Source: an uncultured Acidobacteriota bacterium (GTDB lineage Bacteria > Acidobacteriota > Thermoanaerobaculia > Multivoradales > JAHEKO01). From it: 64,000 bases of DNA. The stretch's first letter is position 1. Each line of letters starts with the position of its first letter. The stretch is taken from the NCBI GenBank assembly GCA_963713825.1, contig CAVQNG010000011.1, positions 1-64,000 on the forward strand, given 5' to 3'. A program made the translations under genes and the position numbers. The notes below the pieces were generated by a model that was not told the DNA's origin, did not search any database, and saw nothing but the letters and a program-made list of their open reading frames with translations. Positions 58,636 to 64,000 of this stretch are shown piece after piece.

Positions 58636-59394
58636 ATGAGTCGATATTTCCAGACCCTCAAGAAGCTGCAGCAACAGCAAGCTGAGGAAGCCTCCAACTC
58701 CTCGAGCCCCGCCGCAGCGCCGGCTCCATACACTTCCGAACCGGCGCCCAAATGGGGGCCCGAATCCCCTGAGCAAGTCTTTCCAGAGCTTCCACTGGCC
58801 TATCGGGAGGCCGCGTGGAATCACATGCTCGAATCGCTCCGATCCCAAAGCCAGACCGCTCAACCCATCCTGGTCGTGGCCGGCGTATCCGACGTCGAAA
58901 GTACCCGAAGTCTGATCATAGGTCTCATGAGACAAGCCGCTCGCAAAGGGGTGACTGTCCAAGTGGCTCGCTTAACGCAATCGCAACATGGAAGGGTCCT
59001 GAGCTTCTTGCCGGGGGTATCGGACGGACAGGACTCTGCCTGGCAAGGTAACGGCGCCGCCGAGGGCGCAGCCGATCCTCCTTCGGTCGGAGGTTTCGAT
59101 CTCTCTGTCGCTCAGACGGACCAGAAGCTCGCCGAGTGGCTTCGAAGCTCCAGCTCCGGCGCGGACATGGTCGTCATCGAAGCTCCCGGCATCTTGAGCT
59201 CGGCCGATACGCTCCTCCTGGCCAAGGCATGTGACGGACTAGCCTTGGTCATTGAACCGATGGTGACCGACCGGTCGGCGCTCAAGGCCGCCGTAAAGAG
59301 AGCACAGGCCTCGGGCTGCAAGGTGGTGGGGCTCATCGTCAACGGTCACCGGGAATGGCTGCCGCGATGGCTGGTCAGGTTGTTGCCGGACTGA
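58636..59394 (+). CDS. Degenerate BY-kinase (Wzc C-terminal-like) protein
   Basis: MSRYFQTLKK start; DMVVIEAPGILSSADTLLLAKACDG..VVGLIVN; Walker A GKT absent. Confidence 0.72.
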   Translation: MSRYFQTLKKLQQQQAEEASNSSSPAAAPAPYTSEPAPKWGPESPEQVFPELPLAYREAAWNHMLESLRSQSQTAQPILVVAGVSDVESTRSLIIGLMRQAARKGVTVQVARLTQSQHGRVLSFLPGVSDGQDSAWQGNGAAEGAADPPSVGGFDLSVAQTDQKLAEWLRSSSSGADMVVIEAPGILSSADTLLLAKACDGLALVIEPMVTDRSALKAAVKRAQASGCKVVGLIVNGHREWLPRWLVRLLPD

Positions 59395-59468
59395 CCGCAC
59401 GGCCGGAACTGCCGCTCCTCCGTTGGCAAGGGCCTAGGACTAACCAGAGCCCCAGAGAAAGGCCCACG

Positions 59469-60849
59469 ATGAGGGTATCACCGACAGTTCTGGTCGCCGT
59501 GAGCGCGGTGGCGTTCCCACTCGCTCTCACGGCCCCCCTGTACAGCCTTCTCCTACTCGATGTGCTGCTGGTGCCCTTCCAGGGGCAGACTCAGATCGGC
59601 GGGGTTCTACTCGATCCTTCGGATGTCATCTTCGCTGCCCTGACCTTCGGAATCCTGGTTCGAAAACGGCTGACTTTTCAGGAAATCCGAAAACAAGTTC
59701 CCTTCTTCGGTGTCTGGGTCACTCTGGGGCTCCTGATGTCGGTCGCGTACCTCACAGCGGACAAGTACCAGCAACACCTCACAGCCATTCACCGGGTCAT
59801 CTACCAGGTGTATCGTTTCGGGTGGAAGCCGATTCTGTTCTATCCTCTGGCTGCCCTCTTCCTCAACAGCATAAAGGGCACCAGGCATGCTCTGACTGCT
59901 GTCGTTCTCGCCGGCAATATTTGCGCACTGATGGCATTGCCCCAGGGGCTTCGTGGTATGAAAGCGGTAGGTCCCTTTGGATCTGGCAACAGCCTCGGGG
60001 CGGCTCTGGTCGTGCCTTTCGTGATCTGCTTCGGATCGATCATCCTTGAGACCAGTAGGCGTTCGCGGTGGTTCTACGGCCTCAGTCTGCTGCTACTTGG
60101 ACGAGTACTGCTGTGGGCGGGGTCGAGAGGAGCTACGGCAGGTGCAGTAGTGGGAACGTGCGCCGTTGTCGCGGTCCTGCTAGCTGGCTCGAGGGGACGT
60201 TCCCGGTTCCTCAGATTCGTGCCGGTAGGACTCGCTGCGGTGCTCATTCTGTTTGCGCTGAAGCCCGATCTCTTGACCCGCCCCACCGTCCGACGCGCCA
60301 TGACAATCTCGAACCCAATGGAGGAGAACACGATGCAATGGCGTATCGAGAATCGCTGGGGTTTCTTCTGGGAGAAGGCATTGAAACGCCCCTGGTTCGG
60401 ATATGGGACTCGATGTGGACGAGGAGCTGTCCAGAAAAGGAGGAGCGAAAACCCCACACAATGGGTACCTGAGTCTGCTCGTGACCTACGGATTTCCCGC
60501 CACGATTTTGTATGTTTCGTTGGCCCTGTTCGCCATGGGTCGAGGAATTCTGGTGTCCAGGCAGCCTCGACTACAGCGGGTCTCGTCTGCAGGGCTTCTG
60601 ATCGCTGCCGGACTCGCTGGCATCCTGACCCACAATGCCGTCGAGTCGGTCTTCACGAACACCGACTGGGTCAACAGCGTCTACTGGCTTCTTACAGGCC
60701 TTGGCATGATTTCGATGAGACTATCCACTTCCGTACCGAATGCTACCCGCGAGTCACTAGAGCCGGCGGCGGAGTCGGCCCAAGCCCAACCAGCAATATC
60801 TGCCCGAGGTGCCATCATGGGCAGTCATACTCGAGCCCTCGAGGAGTAG
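59469..60849 (+). pseudogene. O-antigen ligase/Wzy polymerase family protein, frameshift near 60405
   Basis: Multi-TM; GSRGA, PWFGYG | PHNGYLSLLVTYG. Confidence 0.82.
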
Positions 60850-60852
60850 GGA

Positions 60853-62055
60853 GTGACACACAGGGCAGATCGACGAGAAATGGCTTCGAGCACCTCCACT
60901 AGAGCTCAATCACAGGAGCCAGCCGAGCCCTGCCTGCCGAGCACCTTTCATCTGGCAGTTCTGGCTCCCGAGTATCCACCCCAGGTTGGTGGAATGCCCT
61001 CTCTGGCTCGAGACCTGGTCGCGGCCCTCTCCGCCCATGTCCAAGTCTCCGTCTTCACCAGGCGAGGGCTTGGGACCGGAGACCCGCTAGTTGCGGAGGA
61101 TCCCTCGTTGACCACGAAACCGTTGGCTGACCGCAGAGCCCTGGACAGAGTCGAGGTGGATGCCTGGTTGGCTCTCAATGCAGGCCTGATCCCTCTGGCT
61201 CGCACCCTTCGCCGACCGTTTTTCGCATACGTTCATGGCAATGACTTCCTCCGACCGTGGATCCCGTGCGGCCCGCGTTGGCTCGAGAAGGTGCGAAGGC
61301 CCTACGCAGCAAAGTTTCGGCATTCGCTGCGCAGAAATGCCATTCGAGGAGCTGTTGGTCTGCCAAGACTCGTCTTCTGCAACAGCACAAGGACAGCAGA
61401 ACTGTTTCAAAAAGAGATGGGCCTCGATGACACCAGGATTCGGGTATCACCACCTGGGGTGAACAAGGTCTTCTTCTCGGTTCCAAGGACGGAACCCACC
61501 GAAGGTCTTAGGGTTCTTTCCGTGGCCAAGCTGAGCCAGAGCGTATGTCGGAAGAACATCGACGGCGTCATCCGAGCAGTAGGCCTGCTCGCTGACACGA
61601 TGAATATCACTTACACAGTGGTCGGGGACGGTGACGACCGGCACAGACTGGAAGAGCTGACAGTCGAACTGGGCCTGCAAGGTCGAATTCGGTTTGCTGG
61701 CCGCGTCAACGAGCGAGAGCTCCTGGACTGCTATTCCGAGGCCGACCTGTTCGTTCTCGCTTCGAAAGCATCGCCCGGAGACGTCGAAGGCTTCGGAATC
61801 GTGTACATCGAGGCTTCGGCCGCGGGAGTGCCCGTAATCTGCAGCCGTGAGGGGGGCGCGACTGACGCAGTGGGTGAAGGCGTCAATGGCCTATTGATTC
61901 CCGACTCGAGTCCGGAGAGCATTGCTGCAGGTATCAAGACTTATTGCCAGCAGAGATCGAGCTTCGATGAGGCCGAGATCAGAGCCTGGGCCAAGCAGTT
62001 CCGCTGGAATGCCATTGCACCGCGGCTGCTCGAGGAACTTGCTTTATCCCTCTAG
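60853..62055 (+). CDS. GT4 glycosyltransferase
   Basis: EYPPQVGGM, RKNID, EGFGIVYIEA..GVPV. Confidence 0.92.
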   Translation: MTHRADRREMASSTSTRAQSQEPAEPCLPSTFHLAVLAPEYPPQVGGMPSLARDLVAALSAHVQVSVFTRRGLGTGDPLVAEDPSLTTKPLADRRALDRVEVDAWLALNAGLIPLARTLRRPFFAYVHGNDFLRPWIPCGPRWLEKVRRPYAAKFRHSLRRNAIRGAVGLPRLVFCNSTRTAELFQKEMGLDDTRIRVSPPGVNKVFFSVPRTEPTEGLRVLSVAKLSQSVCRKNIDGVIRAVGLLADTMNITYTVVGDGDDRHRLEELTVELGLQGRIRFAGRVNERELLDCYSEADLFVLASKASPGDVEGFGIVYIEASAAGVPVICSREGGATDAVGEGVNGLLIPDSSPESIAAGIKTYCQQRSSFDEAEIRAWAKQFRWNAIAPRLLEELALSL

Positions 62056-62322
62056 CATGCGGCCAGCTGAACTAAGCACAGGTTCTTTGAACTGACCCAT
62101 TGCCACCCTTCCAACACAATGAGAAGCGGGGTCGATTTTTTTTTCTGACCTCGTGGGCAACGATCCCGGCTAGTCCTGGATCGTGAAGATCCGGTTCGAG
62201 CGATCCACGTAGCTGCTGTCGGACAAGTCCCGCAGCTGCACCTTGTAGTCGCTGCCCAACGCAATGTTCGACGGCACCGTCCAAAGATAAGGCTCATCGC
62301 TCGGAGCGTTGCCATCGATCAC

Positions 62323-62391
62323 TGAGGCATCCCCCGAAAGCTGGACCGGGAATCTCTCACAGCTCTCGGTCCAGCGTAGGGGGCAGCTTTA
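62323..62391. mobile_element. MITE-like remnant: two IS3-type inverted ends with a short spacer
   Basis: TGAGGCATCCCCCGAAAGCTGGACCGGGA ... TCTCGGTCCAGCGTAGGGGGCAGCTTTA. Confidence 0.5.
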
Positions 62392-62429
62392 AAAGGACGA
62401 GACTTCGGGTGACTTCGTCCTGACATTGG

Positions 62430-63683
62430 TGGTCGAGCCTCCAAAATCTGATCCATCTGGAGTGTTAGTTTTCGGCTCCTTGGGATCGGCGAAAGGAGGC
62501 CCATGATGGGCGCAAAGCGGTACTCGACGGAGCAGATCATCGTGAAGCTGCGGGAGGCTGAGATTGAGATGGGGCAAGGGTTGAAGGTCCCCGAGGTCTG
62601 CCGCAAACTAGGCATCTCGGAGCAGACGTTCTACCGGTGGCGCAAGCGCTACGGTGGGCTCGATCGAAGTGAAATCCGTCGCCTGAAGGCACTCGAGCAG
62701 GAGAACGCGCGTCTGAAGAAACTCCTGGCGGATCGTTGATCGACAACGCGATCTTGAAGGAAGCCGCCTCGGGAAACTTCTGAGCCCGGCTCGCCGAAGG
62801 CAGCTCGTGGAGCACGCCCAGCGCAAGCTGGGCGTCTCCGAGCGCCGAGCGTGTCGGGCTTTGGGCCAGCCCCGTTCGACCCAGCGCTACCGTGGATCGC
62901 CACGTACCGACGAGGGGGAGCTCGTGGACCGGATGACCGAGCTGGCTTTGCAGTACGGTCGCTATGGGTATCGCAAGATCGCCCGGTTTCTCCGCGATGA
63001 GGGTTTCGCCGCGAGTCCGAAGCGGGTCGAGCGTCTGTGGCGCCGGGAGGGCCTCAAGGTCCCGAAACGCCAGCCGAAGCGCCGCCGTTTGTGGCTTAAC
63101 GACGGCTCGTGCATCCGCCGACGAGCGGAGGGGCCGAATCACGTCTGGTCGTACGACTTCCTCCAGGATCGGACGACAGACGGCCGCGTCTACCGGATGC
63201 TGGTCGTCGTCGAAGAGTTCACGCGGGAGTGTCTGACGATCCGCGTGGCGCGGAAGCTTTCTTCCTGGGAGGTGATCGAAGCCCTGGCAGACCTCTTCCT
63301 CTCTCGAGGCCTGCCGACCTACATCCGCTCCGACAATGGCCCGGAATTCACGGCCAAGGCGGTCCGGGAATGGCTCGGCCGGCTGAAGGTAGCTCCGCTC
63401 TTCATCGAGCCGGGCAGTCCCTGGGAGAACGGCTACGTCGAGTCTTTCAATGCTCGACTGCGAGACGAGTTTCTCGACGGCGAGATCTTCTGCACGCTTA
63501 AGGAGGTCCAGGTGCTCACCGAGCGCTGGCGGTGGCAGTACAACCACGTCCGACCACACCAGGCGCTGGGCTACCGACCCCCGGCACCCGAGGCGCGCGA
63601 CTGGCCGCTAGCGGCCAGTCGGGAGGACAAACAGCCGGCGATTCACTAACATGCAAACTAGTACAAACAACGGAGGCCGACCA
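62430..63683 (+). mobile_element. IS3-family insertion sequence (orfA 62503-62783, orfB to 63649)
   Basis: IRL TGGTCGAGCCTCC..TGTTAG / IRR CTAACA..GGAGGCCGACCA; orfA HTH; GGGAAAC slip site; orfB WSYDF, RSDNGPEF, PWENGYVESFN; extra indel in orfA near 62733. Confidence 0.92.
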
Positions 63684-63688
63684 GATCG

Positions 63689-64000
63689 ATGAAGCGGAAA
63701 CGGTACACAGACGAGCAGATTGCCTATGTGCTGCGGCAGGCGGAGGCGGGGACGCCGGTCACGGAGATCTGCCGCAAGATGGGCGTGAGCCAGCAGACCT
63801 TCTACACCTGGCGCCGCAAGTTTGCCGGCATGGGTGTGGCGGAGCTCCGCGAGCTGCGCCATCTGCGTGAGGAGAATCGGAAGCTCAAAGGACTGGTGGC
63901 AGACCTGAGCCTGGACAAGCACATGCTGCAGGAGGTCACCACAAAAAAGCTCTGAAGCCCGCACGCAGGCGCGAGCTGGTGATCTGGCTCCGAGATGTCT
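63689..64000 (+). mobile_element. Second IS3-family element (orfA 63689-63955, orfB runs off window)
   Basis: MKRKRYTDEQI..CRKMGVSQQTFYTW..LREENRKLK..DLSLDKHMLQ; AAAAAAG frameshift motif at orfA end. Confidence 0.9.

Noticed and set aside
45890-60849. Programmed frameshifting or phase variation in glycan genes
   Set aside because: Breakpoints lack long homopolymers, tandem repeats or slippery heptamers; error or decay is simpler.

Overview
GC-rich bacterial chromosomal window; gene content resembles Acidobacteriota/Thermoanaerobaculia, but that is inference. Left to right: (1) tRNA-Glu at the window edge, a secreted repeat protein, an orphan ParA and an epimerase. (2) Two tandem, integrase-less islands in the 3' end of tRNA-Lys(TTT), marked by a 47-bp att core at 3358, 9651 and 15117. 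The distal island (3405-9650) is built from three tandem modules that share a non-coding scaffold (a C5G5/GGGACCC motif, a 38-bp hairpin motif and an identical terminator) but carry unrelated cargo genes, one behind a c-di-GMP-I riboswitch. This is the best candidate for an undescribed cassette-array system. The proximal island holds a RepA remnant, a Kef-type antiporter and gene fragments. (3) An intact core region: purA; a storage-granule-type locus (ABC1 kinase, patatin, phasin, PhaR with twin operators over a sigma70 promoter, and a GET3/ArsA-like ATPase pair); ferredoxin; DnaJ/Hsp20 with HAIR-like boxes; M64 peptidase; a histidine kinase plus REC-PAS-GGDEF-EAL protein; pepE; two PilZ proteins. 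(4) A large surface-polysaccharide cluster with tailoring genes (AsnB, GlpD-like, PHP-like, adenylation domain + ACP + GNAT, Wza, split Wzc with an ExeA-type ATPase in between). Many of these genes are frameshifted, possibly from assembly error. (5) IS3-family elements at the right end. All calls are by eye; no database searches were run.
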